A stretch of DNA of 60,511 nucleotides, counting the filler, from Streblomastix strix (lineage: Eukaryota): assembly GCA_008636045.1 (NCBI GenBank). It is 3 parts of 3 records of this genome, joined end to end, with 100 filler letters (N's around TTAATTAATTAA, not from the genome) between each part and the next. Parts side by side here need not be neighbours in the genome. Positions count along the whole stretch, not along the records: positions 40,441 to 60,511 come from SNRW01000459.1; 2 more parts are not named here. One strand, given 5' to 3'. This document shows positions 40,500 to 53,508 of this stretch, piece after piece. The translations under genes and the position numbers were made by a program. Below the pieces are notes generated by a model. The model was given only the letters and a program-made list of their open reading frames with translations, ran no database searches and was not told where the DNA came from. Position 1 is the first letter of the stretch. Each line of letters begins with the position of its first letter.

Positions 40500-42538
40500 G
40501 CAGTGGGTTTCTTTTGCCTACTACTCATGTAAATTTAGATAGATATGGATATCCATTAAAAATAATTCATAAATTAAAATCATTAAAACTGAAACCTTTG
40601 ATGTTGATATATTTGCACATATCGATGAAAATTAAGGATTTGTTGTTCTTCCGAAGTCAACATACAGACCTTAAGAAAATAATTAAAGAAGAACATTAAA
40701 ATATGAAGACTTAAATAATATGTTTGAAAAGAAGAACCTAGCGACATTAATTGATGTTTTAGTTATTTACGGTATAGATTTAAGAGCACAATTTGAAGAA
40801 GAGAAACTGATTATAAATAATGATAGAAAACTATGAAAATTAATAAAGAATTTGTTGATTTATTATTTGATGGAATCTAACATTTATAGATACATAACGA
40901 TGCTTAGAAAGTCGAACGAGAAATAACGTTATTATCTTTATTTACAAGACTAAATAGTCTTGTATTTGTTGAAGGATTGCAAGAGGAGGAAATTAAATAA
41001 TACGTTGATGATGCATATAACAAAGTTTAGGCATAAAATAATTTAACTGATAACGTGATTCAAAAATTGGAAGCTAAAAAGGTCAAGATTCCATTCAAAA
41101 GCAAATCCATGAAATCTATAAAAGATTGTTAAATATCATAATCCATAGTATTACATCGATGTTATAAAGCCTAATTTAAAATCAATGTTAGAAGAAAAAA
41201 AAATAAATAATTTAGCAATCAATTGATTTAAAGGATAATTTTTCATTTTTATACATATAGGAAATATAACAAATAAAGTATATATAAAGATTAAATAAGT
41301 AGCTTAAGATTTAACAAGAATATTATGATGTGCTCCATGTGATGGTGGCTTAGTATTTATAGTGAAATAATACGATGCAAACAATGAAAAATATAAAATT
41401 TAATACATGAATAAAACAGTAATATATGATCAATTATAGATGATTATTCTATGGATAGAAAATTCAAAAAAATATAATATTGAAATAAGTTTGCGAATAA
41501 TTTAATTCTTTATATATGATGAAAGGAATTTGATTTATTAGTTAGGACCCTGAAATTTTCAGCATATTTTAAGGCTATAAATATTAATAATTATCTTCGG
41601 TTAATGAAGACTTAATTAATGATTATTTAGAATTAATATACGAAACAATAGCAGCAGAAGATGAAAATTTATATAATTATATCTTTAATTGGATTACATT
41701 TGCTATATAAAATGTAAGTGTTAAATCAGAAGTGGCATTGATACTCTAAGACAGTCAAGATATAGACAAGAACAGATTCACGGTTGTTTTATGTGAATTA
41801 TTGGCTGGTTATAAAATCATAAATATAACATATATTGATGAATTTACAGGCAAATTTAATTCTGTCGTTGAAAACATAATCCTTCGAATAGCCAATGAAC
41901 ATAAAAACTTTGGAGAAGCAAGATATTCGAACATGGACGCATTGAAGTCGATTATATCAGATAATCAAATAAGAATAAATGAAAAAAAAATAACCTCGTA
42001 GAACAGCTGAAAATGTAATGAATTTGATTATGGTAACCAATAACGACTTCCCAGTCAAGATTGAAGCAAATGATAGGTGTTATGTTGTATGCAGATGTAA
42101 AGCAGTTCATAGAGACGATACTGAATATTTCACGTCTTAATCAAATGGCATTACAACTGAATTTTACAATAATTTTTTATTTGTTTTATTATCAGAGATA
42201 TAAGTAATTGAAATTAAAGTATCATTCCATTCACAGAGGCGAAAAGGGATATAATTAGAGCATCACGCTCATAACTCGATGATGATATATTATAAAATTA
42301 TTATGCGTTTAAAGAAGGTGTACCTTATACTATAGCGTTATAATTCGAATCATTCGATTATAATAAAAAATCATTCAAATTATAATTAAAAAATAAATGT
42401 CAAAAATTGTCTCAAACAATTGTAGGAAAACGAACATGGATATATAAATTGAATGAAGATTTAATAAAAATATATGCTAAATTAAGAGAAGAAGACCAAG
42501 ATATTAACGAAGACGCTAATGATTCAATCAACCTTTGA
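40500..42538 (+). mobile_element. Decayed PrimPol-SF3 (D5/NrS-1, DUF5906-like) primase-helicase gene of a virus-like element
   Basis: ETFDVDIFAHIDENQGFVVLPKST (Prim-Pol-like), then ALILQDSQDIDKNRFTVVLCELLAGY (eroded Walker A), DEFTGKFNSVVEN...IANE (Walker B), NMDALKSIISDNQIRINEK, RTAENVMNLIMVTNNDFPVKIEANDRCYVV; frameshifts and TGA stops; no introns seen. Confidence 0.8.
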
Positions 42539-42608
42539 TTAATTAATCGACTTTATTTTTTCGTTAATTTGGCAGAATGGCAGGCTGACAGCAGTTTTTG
42601 ATGAAAGT

Positions 42609-42729
42609 TTTTGACTCAATCCACCCAATCCACTCGGTTCAGTCAAAAGTCATTCATTAACGAAGCCATTTCTTCATGCAAATTCAATAGTTTTCATTGA
42701 TGTTTTGTGACTTAATCCACTCAATCCAC
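42609..42729. repeat. Iteron-like repeats and hairpin downstream of the primase-helicase gene
   Basis: TGACTCAATCCACCCAATCCAC (42612-42633) and TGACTTAATCCACTCAATCCAC (42708-42729); stem TTTTGACT (42609-42616) pairs with AGTCAAAA (42641-42648). Confidence 0.75.
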
Positions 42730-42842
42730 ATCAATCATTCAATATATTATGTTTAATTATTCATGATTTCACTAACGATTTCATCAATATATTTTGTGTT
42801 TCCATTAACGAAATTCATTAACCCATATCATTAATCTCGTCA

Positions 42843-43106
42843 TGTAGTTATGTGAAAAAGGAGAGTGCCATACATTTCACGAATATCATTCAATAATGTA
42901 CATCACTAATCTAATTTAATATCCATATTCATTCATCATATTCAATGTTACAATCAATAATCTTATTCAAGTGATTATTTTCTTTTACAATATTTATTAT
43001 TATTTATTTTACATTATTTATTATTAATATTTATTATTATTATTTATTTTACATTATTCTATTCTATTTTTCAATGTGGGGCACTCTCCTATTCCACATA
43101 ACTACT
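42843..43106. mobile_element. MITE-like element with ~34-bp terminal inverted repeats (TGTAGT...ACTACT ends)
   Basis: gtagttatgtgaaaaaggagagtgccatacatt (42844-42876) matches the reverse complement of 43073-43105 at 29/33 positions; AT-rich non-coding interior; no clear TSD. Confidence 0.65.
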
Positions 43107-43154
43107 GATGATAATAATTTTAAATAATGAAGAATCTAGCAAAAAATATGGAAC

Positions 43155-43340
43155 ATGCGGATTGTTAGGAATCTTGCAGAAGGTGACTACTTCTTTTGTT
43201 CAATGATTATAGCTTTGTATAAAAAGAAGAAGAATAGCATATTTAGGCAAAATTGATTTGAGGAAACATAAATTAATATATCGCTGGGTTGCGAAATATG
43301 CATGATTCGACAAATGGCCAAATTCTTGAAGCAATTGCTA
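43155..43340 (+). pseudogene. Possible OTU-like cysteine protease remnant
   Basis: MRIVRNLAEGDYFFCSMIIALY resembles the OTU catalytic (D/G)G(N/D)C(F/L)F motif with Cys to Tyr (TAC); in-frame TGA follows; then GCEICMIRQMAKFL. Confidence 0.3.
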
Positions 43341-44369
43341 GATAATTTGAATTTATTATTAATTATATTTTATTTATTTTAATATTTAGATAATGCCCTT
43401 AGAATTAAAACAATTCTTGAATTGTTGCATTAAAAAAAGTTGTGTACAATCATATAAAATAAGAAATTGCAGGTGTTAAAGAGAATTTCAATGAAATTTT
43501 CTGCATAATAAAGTCAGAATTCATTCTTGAAAAGTTAAGTTTCATTATGAAATATCAAAAAAATTTAATAATAATAATAAAGAAAAATTAGGTGCATAAA
43601 GTCTATCGATTTATTAAATTAATAATCCTCTTAACTTAAATGAAAAATAGATAAAAAATTGGCAATTTTTAATTGACAAAATCTGAAAATCAAGACTCAA
43701 GTATCATTGAATCGGTTGATTAAGATAAAGCAAATTTAGAAGTATAATTTAAATTGATTAATTCAAACTTCAAACAATTGGAAAATGAAAGAAAAAGGCA
43801 AACAGGTATATTTCATGATTGCGAAAATTAATGTTATAAAATATCAGAAATACAAAGACATTATATATAAATTATCTAAAATCTAAACATTCATGTTCAC
43901 ATAAATATTTGCAGATATTGTATCTGAAACTTACCATCCTACTCTCCATCGAAGTAAGGCTGATTTTCGGATCTTAATGGATCTATTCCGATGGTAGCAT
44001 GTTTTTTAGCCTGAGTTGTTGTACAAGTTATATAACTGAATATTTTTAATCAAAAATTTTTAAAGAATTATATTATTTATTAATAAAAATAACAATAATA
44101 AATAATGAAATAATTATAAATCTTTTCAATAAATTATTTTAATAGTAAAAATTTAAATAAAAATTTAAATAAATTAAATTTATAAAAAAATTTTAATTGA
44201 AAAAAATTAATTTTTTTATTTTATTTAATATATATTTATATAATTTAAGATATTATATATTTATAATTAAATTACTTTAAACCATAAATAATATATTAAT
44301 TATTAAGATTTAATTCTAACGGCCAATATGAATGCAACCATAAATTGAAACCATCGGAATTGTCCCAAT

Positions 44370-44720
44370 ATTTTAGGAAATAGAAATATAGAAGATATAC
44401 CTTGTTTAAATAAAAGAAAGGGAATATTCATAGAATTAAAGAAAACTTTTTCTTTGATAGAAGCTGAAGGCCGTTCACTAGGAAAGGCCTAAGATCAAAT
44501 AATTCATTAAGAACATATCAAATGGTTTGAAAAACCAGATGCACCTGAAGATTTTATTTTAGTGGGTGTTGGATTAGGCCCATGAAATGTTGCAGCTTCA
44601 ATTAAAGAAGCGAGTATAATCGATGGAAAATTGGTGATTAAAATTCCTGGGGAAAACTATTATCTGCCTGGAAAAGTGGATATATCTGAATATTCAGGAA
44701 ATGAATTAGAGTAATAATTT
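44370..44720 (+). pseudogene. PD-(D/E)XK nuclease (PDDEXK_9-like) remnant
   Basis: EDIPCLNKRKGIFIELKKTFSLIEAEGRSLGKAQDQIIHQEHIKWF...FILVGVGLGP*NVAASI; IELK at 44430-44441; TGA at 44583. Confidence 0.55.
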
Positions 44721-45899
44721 CTTTTATATGTTTCTTTGACTTTCTTGCAACTAATGGTTATATTTTAATGAAAAAGAATGTATTAAAATGTATAAATAAA
44801 TAATTCCATTTATTTTTAATTTTTGACTTATTTTCAATTTTAAATCGACAATCTTTAATAATTTTTATTTTTTTGAAATAAAAAATAATTTGAAAAAATT
44901 TAAAAAATTTAAAGCTTAAATAAATTTTTTATATTCAAATAGTCTACATCTCGATTAAAACCAATTTCGGAGCACATTTAGTCTCCAAAATAATCTAAAG
45001 GAGCTGAGTAAGTAATATTAATCAATATTAAAAATTTTGTCAATATATAATTAAAAGTTTAATTATTATAGTTATTTTGATTTAGTTTTCAAATCATCTA
45101 AATGTTATAATTTTTTTTAAAATGTTTGTAAAAATCAGTTATATTTGTTAATATAAGGTTATTTTTACATTTTGGATTGTTGAATTTATTTACAAGACTA
45201 GTAATTTCTCCAATCTGTATTATATAATAATAAATTAATAAATAAAAATTTAAATGATGAAAACAGTTTCAGGAATACCTTTGCTTCAGACGTCTCTTAA
45301 TCATCAGTTGCAACATTGTCCTCAGCTTCAGACGCCTTCTTCTAGTTTAGTCTTGTTTAATACATTTTCTTTTCAGATAGTTTCGTATTTTTCGATGCTT
45401 TCTTCGCGACTAGTCTTGTTAACATGAATTGTTCTAAAATAAAATAAATAAATATTTCATAGATATAATATACAGTCTAATTCGCATTAAAAATACTTTT
45501 ATGGCTAGTATTGCTTAAGTTTAAATGAAAAAATAATGTTGAAAAGTTTCGCAGTTATAAAATCAAAATTTGTGCTAAATGTTTCTATAGATCCATATAT
45601 ATTATCAAAATGGATAAAATTATACTATAATTTTGGAAATAGAGTTTGTGGTTATTATATGGAAGCTTTTCTAATCCTAAAATTTGATATAACAAGGAGT
45701 AAGCCTGCCGCAAATGTGGCAAAATAAACAAAATTAAAATAATAAATATTATACATATATTAATTTAAAAATAAACGTAGTAATATAGCAATAAAAAAAA
45801 TTTTTTTTGAGATCTGCCCCATATTTGAATTTCCAAAAAATAATATATAGTTAAAGATTATTTATAATTTCACTCTATAATTATGTTTTTAGTCAATAA

Positions 45900-47420
45900 G
45901 TATAGGGAAGATTAGTTTGTTTTTCAATTTATAATTAATCATCTATTTATTCCAAAGGAGTATTACATTCTTTTTCTTAATTAATACTTGTAAAACCTAC
46001 CTAATAATTCAGTTTATTCATTGGATTAATACCATAAATTCAAGTAACAACAAAAATTATGTATATACAAACGCTACCTACAGAGCTCCCACATGTGCAT
46101 GTGTTAACCAACCCTAATTATACTGTAAAAATTTTAGTTGAATTTAGATCTTTCAATATATAAGTATATAATCCCCGTTTATCCACAAGCAGTTGCCTTG
46201 ATCCATAAGCCAAGAACAGATTCATTTTTGTTGATTAATCTATTTCTTCCACAAATGGGACTTGTCGAAAATTTGCACTAAGTTTGGCAAAGTCAAGATG
46301 AAGTTAACATTATTCGATTGTTTCCATTGAATATTGCTTGAAAAATATTAGATTAATTATTAATTTTTTTTGAATATAAATATCGAAAGTTTATAACGAT
46401 GAAAGATTGTTAGACGCTGCTGGTTTATCCGATTTTTCGGAATTATACGCATATATCAAAGAACGATATCCTAAGCCGCTCGAGCAACAGCCACCACCTG
46501 TGCCTAAAGGTGAACAAACATTATAAATATTGGTGAAAAAAAGTGAAGTTATAATCAATAATTTAAATGAAGTGTTCGAACCGCCTGTGCCGAATGCTAT
46601 AACGAAACTTGATTTGAGTTCATACTAAGAACGATAAAGTTGCAAAGCATCCAATGGTTCAGACCCATAATTAATCGTTTATGGCGATAGAATCACACTA
46701 ACCGCGTTATATGCAACAATGGGTCTATTTCCAGGTGGCGGCTAACTGAGTGGATATTTATTCAAAAGTTATCACTCTGGAGCCAGAACAAAAGCTGGTG
46801 ACTATGAGATTGCATTAGATGGAACCCAAGCCCCTAAAACATATATATATATATTTTGCTATATCAACTAAAATAGGCCATATATTGGAAGCTCCAGGTA
46901 GCTGCCATCAAATACTGCTCACCTGCTTAACATAGCATATTATAAATAGTATGAATCATCAAAGAAAATAAATTGTGATGCGAATAATAAGAGGAAAATG
47001 GACATTATGGATACATGTAATGTTAATGGAAATGGTTAGTTTGAAGCCTAATAGTATGTATATGAAACAATTAAAAAATATACAGATTTAATCGAGGCGG
47101 GAGTGAAAGTATTAAATAGAACTAATTATTTGAACAGTGAAATTAAATTAATGGATGAATTAGCGATATATAAGGTAGATTGTGCAGCAAATTTCATTAA
47201 AGACGGTCCATTTATCACATATAGTTTAGGAGCAAAATTAGTCTAATTAATTCAAGCCAAATCCGAAATTTAATTAACTGCATATAAATTATTCTTGACA
47301 ATCATTAATAAAGTACGACCACATAATATGAAATTTATGCATGTTCATTTAGAATAATAAGAATTTTCCGCTATATGTTTGTTTAATGACATTTATAAAA
47401 TCTTCCAAATAAATTAATGA
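45900..47420 (+). pseudogene. Intronless virus-like ORF with a fibre/receptor-binding-like beta domain; frameshifted 5' part
   Basis: 46374-47420 is open with TAR=Gln (KVYNDERLLDAAG...PPPVPKG...SDPQLIVYGDRITLTALY...YLFKSYHSGARTKAGDYEIALDG...LLNIAYY...) but lacks an initial ATG; broken coding-like sequence upstream. Confidence 0.5.
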
Positions 47421-47898
47421 TCTATAATGATATTTACTACTATATTTAAATAAAATTAATAATATTTAATATACTTTTTATAAAAAGTGCATACTTTTAA
47501 ACGTCTTAATTTTACAAACACCTACACTACAATATCTTGAAAATAATTATTGCATTCTTTTATTTATCACAATATTTAAAATTTATTTTGCTATTCAATA
47601 TAACTTATTTCTAGACTATACACCAAAAACGAATTTCTTAAAAATTTCAAGATAAATTTTCACACTAAGCAGCAAATCAAAATAATAATACTACATTCAA
47701 TTTATTTTTATCCATATTATGAAAATTTAAATTTATTTTATATTATATAAACTACTGAATAACAATAGTTAGTGGAGATAAATAAATACTCAATTTTTCT
47801 TAATATTTTTGAACCAATTCAAAGAATTTTCTATTTTTTTTTTCTTTTAACTGATGTTTATTTCAATATTTTATAGAATTCAATCTCAAGCATTTATT

Positions 47899-50800
47899 AT
47901 GGCTACCACTGTTCTGAATCTAGAAAATTCTGGGTTGACATCAGTTCAATTACATTAAATGGAAGATATTAAAAATGTTGAGACACTCTTCTTAAACAAC
48001 AATTTACTTGAAGATGTAAATTTTCTTGATAGTGGAATTTTTAAGTAATTGTGGAGCATTGACCTTAGTATCAACAAGTTGAGTTCTTTGGAAGGATTAA
48101 TTAGATATTAATCAATTGGTTATTTGAATCTTTAACATAATCATCTTACTTGGTCGGAAATTCTAAAATTAAGACATGTCAACATACTTAATATATAATT
48201 ATCTGGAAATCCCGATCTTGGAAATGATTATAGATTAATAGTTATTTATTTAATGCCTTATATTTGGTGCATAGATGGCTGGTTTGTCAGTTAATATGAA
48301 CGAATGCGAGCAGCAACATTTGTACAACAAGGAGAAGCAAACGTTTAGGTTTGAATATATATGTTTTATTTTATTATATCAATTTCTTCCTTAATTTTTA
48401 TAGTTCAAATTTGCCCGCATGCATTTAGATGGTCTCAAACCTACTCCAATAGAAAGACATATGATATTCACAAACTAACACAACAAACTAATCTAAAACT
48501 TCTCTCGAAAAGCGCCTCAATCTCGACAAACAGATTAGAGAAGACTCCGCTACTTAGTTTCTTAGTTTTCACAGGTGGAACAACAGTTTGAAATTAATTA
48601 TTTTATTCATTATGATTAATTTCCCCTATTTTCCCAATTCCAGTCGATATTTATATAAAGATTAATCTTTAAAAATGAAATAATCTGTTGAACATCTTGA
48701 TTCAAATTAATTTTCTATTCAAGAAGAAAGACATTAAACAAATAGTATTGAACTTGATCCAGAATTCCCATACTTCTAGAATAAACTTTAAGCTCTTAAT
48801 GAGAAAGAAAAAGTTACAGTATGATAATCATTATTTGATGATATTGTAATATCCCTATATTAATATTGCCTATTAATTTATATTTTATTTTTTATAACAT
48901 AATATAATAATTTTCCATTTTTTAGACATTTGCTATTCTTGCTGCATCAATGCGATATAATATTCCACCAATTCCCCTTCTTTATGAAACACTTGTTAAT
49001 TTAATTGAGCCTTTTCAGAAGAATAATAATATTGCACTCCAACTTTCTTTACTTCCTCCATTTGCTAAATCTGTTTGCATTTGTTTTCAATTATTAATTT
49101 GATATTATATATATTTATTATTCTCCCTTTTATTTCAGAGTTTATTATTATATTTTTGTGAGAAGATCGAAAATGCAAAAGATTTTCTCTCTGAAACACA
49201 ATTCTTTCTTCCTTCAAATTTTGCTATTGGAATAAAATCAAATAAGGAATAAGGAATTGAATAAGGATCAGATACCACTACAAAACCAAAGACTACTCTT
49301 TTTCAAAGCAAATCAATATTCTAATCTAAATACTTATATTAATGTAAGATTCCTGCAGAATTGACCAGTGTTTCCTCATCTGCAGTCTGGTTAATGGTAT
49401 AAGCGGAATCAGCATGTTTACCTCCTCCATAATACAGACCACAATTATTTAATGCCATTAATCAGAAGAATATGAAGGGAGCTTATTCAAATCAACACGA
49501 ATAAAAAACATTTGCATATCCTCCTTCTTCCATAAAATCATAAAATGCATCATTAAAATAGTTATCATAGCCTAATGCAGAAAAGGATATATCTGAATAA
49601 TTAAAAATCAATTAAGGAATTAGAGCCCAACTATATTCGAAAACTCTCAACTATACACTTTCTCCAATTTTAACATTTGCATCATCGGAGACTGTTCAAC
49701 CAGTATGAAAAATTAATATTTATTTCTGTTATTATTTAGTATCAAATTATTTAATTTTATTCGTTTTTTACTAATTTTTCAGAATGTTACCACTCTAATG
49801 TTGAGCTTATTCGGATAATAATAATCATTTATAGATAGTGCTCATAATTTACAAGAATTATTATTTGATGGACTCTATTTTATTCATTGTCATGTTTCAT
49901 AAGTATCAATTCAATAGATAATTGATAAGGCGAATTAATATTATCTTAAAGTTCAGAATTATTAAAAATTTAATAATAAAAAAGAAAAGGAAATTTCTGT
50001 AATTTAGTCTCAAAAAACCGCAAATACAAACGCTTCTCCTTAAAATTTAGCTCAATAAAAGCAAAATATTTCTGTGCGTAATTAAAATTAAATAATGAGT
50101 GATGAAGAAAAAGAAGAAGAAGATGGTGATGATGAATAACAAACAGATAATAAAGTTGAGAAAGAATAAAATACCGAATATAAGAAAATTGATATTATTA
50201 GCTAATAATAATAAATAAATATTCCAAGAGTTGGAGATTTTGTTATACTTGAGAATAATTGCAATAGGAACAAATAAATATAAGAATAAACAGGTATTAA
50301 TATATAAAAGACTTATTAATAGGAAAAAGAAAAAGATACTAAAGAAAATATACATTATTAACCATCTTCAAATATAAAGATTGAAGACTAAAAAGATAAT
50401 TAAATTATTGCAAATTTCATAATCCTTGCAATTGACGAGAAGAATTAAATATGCTATATTGCTCCATTTCAAACTGTTAGTAGGTTATATTCTCAAACAA
50501 AATCCTCCTAGCCATAAAGTAAAAGAGCAAAAGTTGCTTAAAATGCTCTTAGTTAATAATAAAAATCATAATGGTAAATTACAACATAATAATCAAACAG
50601 TAGATTTCCTGAGTATATTCCATTGGTTCCTATGCCAGATAGATAAGTCAATAGTTAATATGAATAATTAGAGAAGGAATTAAATTATACTCAAGTTATT
50701 GGATAGAGAATGAAGCAATTTGATGAGGAGCTTGAAATGTCTTAAACTGCAAATGATGTAATAACTAATGCAACTATTGTCAATAAAGATGAAATGAATA

Positions 50801-52360
50801 TTAATATTTTAGATTCATTAGATTTTGATTTAGAGAAAATGAATTTGGAGAAAACAAATGACTTAAAGAAGAATAAATTAGAGAAAGTAGATGATATCGA
50901 TGATTATGAAAATCAAGATTATAAATTGAAAGAGAGTAACCTTGCAACATTCACATTCAAATAGCTCAGGATAGATAAGAAAATGATTATTGTTATTCCT
51001 CTTTCATTTCTTTCGATATATCTTCCGCCAATAATAGATAGGATTCCTATTTTCTATTCAAATTAATAGGAATCTCTAATAAACTCTAACTTTGCTGATT
51101 CTGTTATAATTAATGAAGAAAATGATTATTATTAAAAAAATCAAATTTAAAATTATGTAAATCCACAAATATTTTAGAAATTTGACTTGAAATCTTCAAA
51201 TGATTCATAATTAAAGTTATCAAGCAGTATTAATAATGACAACAATGAGAAACTTATAGATTAATAAAATTAAAATCAATTGAATAATACATATTCAAGC
51301 TCACAATCATAATATATTTAATAAAATGAGAATTAAGAGAAAACCAGAAGAGTTAAAACATAAACATGGATATTAAAATAGAACATATAAATGAAATTGA
51401 AAATTAGAGAATAATAATAATTTATAGCACATCACCAGAATATTAATTTAAGCAGTAATAATTAATAATCTGATCAATAATATGAACAATCCAATCCTTA
51501 TTAAAAACATTAATAACCTTTAATACCTGATCTTCGTCTTAAAGACATTAACAAAGAATAATTACCATATTATTCTAATTCTTCTTCTTCTAAAGGATTT
51601 TAATAAATTAATTCAGTAAATCATAATCCTGATAGATTAGAACCATTATAGCATTAATAATAAAAATATATTAATTAAAATATTATTCTTTCAAATCAAT
51701 AAAATAAGAGAAAGAATAGAGAATAAAGATCATTATCTGCTAATGCTCAAAATGAATATGAATACATGCAATCTTTTAATGATTCTGCCAGATTAAGAAT
51801 TTCTTAACCTTCAGAAAGATTCAAATATATTTAATAATATGAATAAGATCTCATAAAGCGTGGATCTATATCTGACAGAGTTCGTATTAAATAGTAACAA
51901 AGAGAAATAATGAAAGAAAAATTAAATATAAGATATATCTTTGGAAAAAAGAATAATAGCAATATTAATACATAAAGTAATTCAATAAAAACTAAACCAT
52001 AACGATAGACATAATATTAGTCGCCATAATAAACTGAATTATCGAAATCAAATTAATATTCAATTAAATAACCAATCTCAAAAAGATCTAATTCTATCTA
52101 ATCTCCAATTCCTTCAAACTGGGATTCAGAATAAATAAATACAATTAGTTCTACTCGGTACAATGTTGCAAATCCAGAGAAAAAATCAAATACACAGAAC
52201 ACTTAGAGATCGGCACTCACTCGTAGAATGTAACTTTCTGATTTTAACAGAAATAATTCAAATATAAAAGAAATAAGTTAACAATACCATAAAAGATCTA
52301 AAGAGCTTCAAGGTTTATTCAAGACTGTTCTGAATGAGAATTTTGTATGTATTATTGTTA

Positions 52361-52458
<98 letters not shown>

Positions 52459-53251
52459 ATTCTAATTCTAATTCTAATTCTAATTTATAATATGAAACTC
52501 TTTTTTTTATAAGTTTTCTATATGGCCTTCAAATCTTTATTCAAATAATGCTTCTTAAACAATTCTTCATTAACAATAAAATAATGCATAAAATAAATAT
52601 CATGGAAAAGAATAAAAGAATAAAATTGAAGCAAAAGAATTATTAAATCTTAAATTATAAAATTGGAAAAATTAAAGATCTGAAAGAGATGATTTATTAA
52701 AGTCATAATAGGTCTATGAAAATGAATTAGAAAATGAAAAAAATACAAAAAATTATTCAATTTATTAACATGAATAAAAAAACGGAGATAAAATTGAAGT
52801 TCTAAGGGACAAGAAAGCAGAAAGAATCGAAAAGATTATTTCAGATGTTTCTACTTAATCTTCAACAAAAAATAGGCCAATAAGAATATTGATTGATAAT
52901 AATCACGAATATAGAACAGAAAACACAATTGGAAGTTATAGAGAACCAAATTCAAAAATCGATTCAGAAGATGAAGGAAAAGCTAAAGATCAACAGAATT
53001 AGTAATCTCCACTTCTTTCAAGAGATCAAAATTATTAAGAAACTGTTGGTCATGTATTAGAAATGTTAAATAAGGTAATTGTGTAAAAACCCCAAAGGCC
53101 AATTTCAGAGGGAAGAGGTACTAATCAATAAAGTCAAACCGCAATTGAATATTATGTAAAGTGGGAATGTGAAAATGGTGATATAATCTCAGTATGGATT
53201 GGGGAAAAGGATATTTTGCCAGAGGAAATCGATCTCTACAAACAGACTTGA
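47899..53251 (+). CDS. Large protein with N-terminal SDS22-type LRRs and LRRcap, Q/N-rich middle and C-terminal chromo-like domain
   Basis: VETLFLNNNLL, LWSIDLSINKLSSLEG, IGYLNLQHNHL, LSGNPDLGNDYRLIVIYLMPYIWCIDG; several introns; C-terminus ELYVKWECENGDIISVWIGEKDILPEEIDLYKQT-TGA; single-gene continuity not fully verified. Confidence 0.75.
52351..52458. repeat. (ATT)n microsatellite in an intron
   Basis: ~100 bp ATT triplet run following a GTATGT donor at 52345. Confidence 0.95.
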
Positions 53252-53508
53252 CTGAAGCGTGAATATATAACCGTTGAATGTACTATAAATATAATTGTAA
53301 TAAAAATTAACATAAAATTTTCTCTGATTATGGATTGGTTTATTAAACTTCATTATAAAAAGGAAGAGAGAAAGAGATATTAAATATAATAATGCAGCTT
53401 TTGCCCTGAAATAATTATATGCTTTAAATTCTAGTGATTTAGTTATATTCTTATTAATTTTATAACCTATTATTGACATTATTTCATCTATTTTCCATAT
53501 TTCTATTG

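Noticed and set aside
43930..45440. Isolated minus-strand exon-like pieces (~43934-44036, ~45100-45435)
   Set aside because: Splice signals are present, but no coherent gene model or recognisable domain could be built
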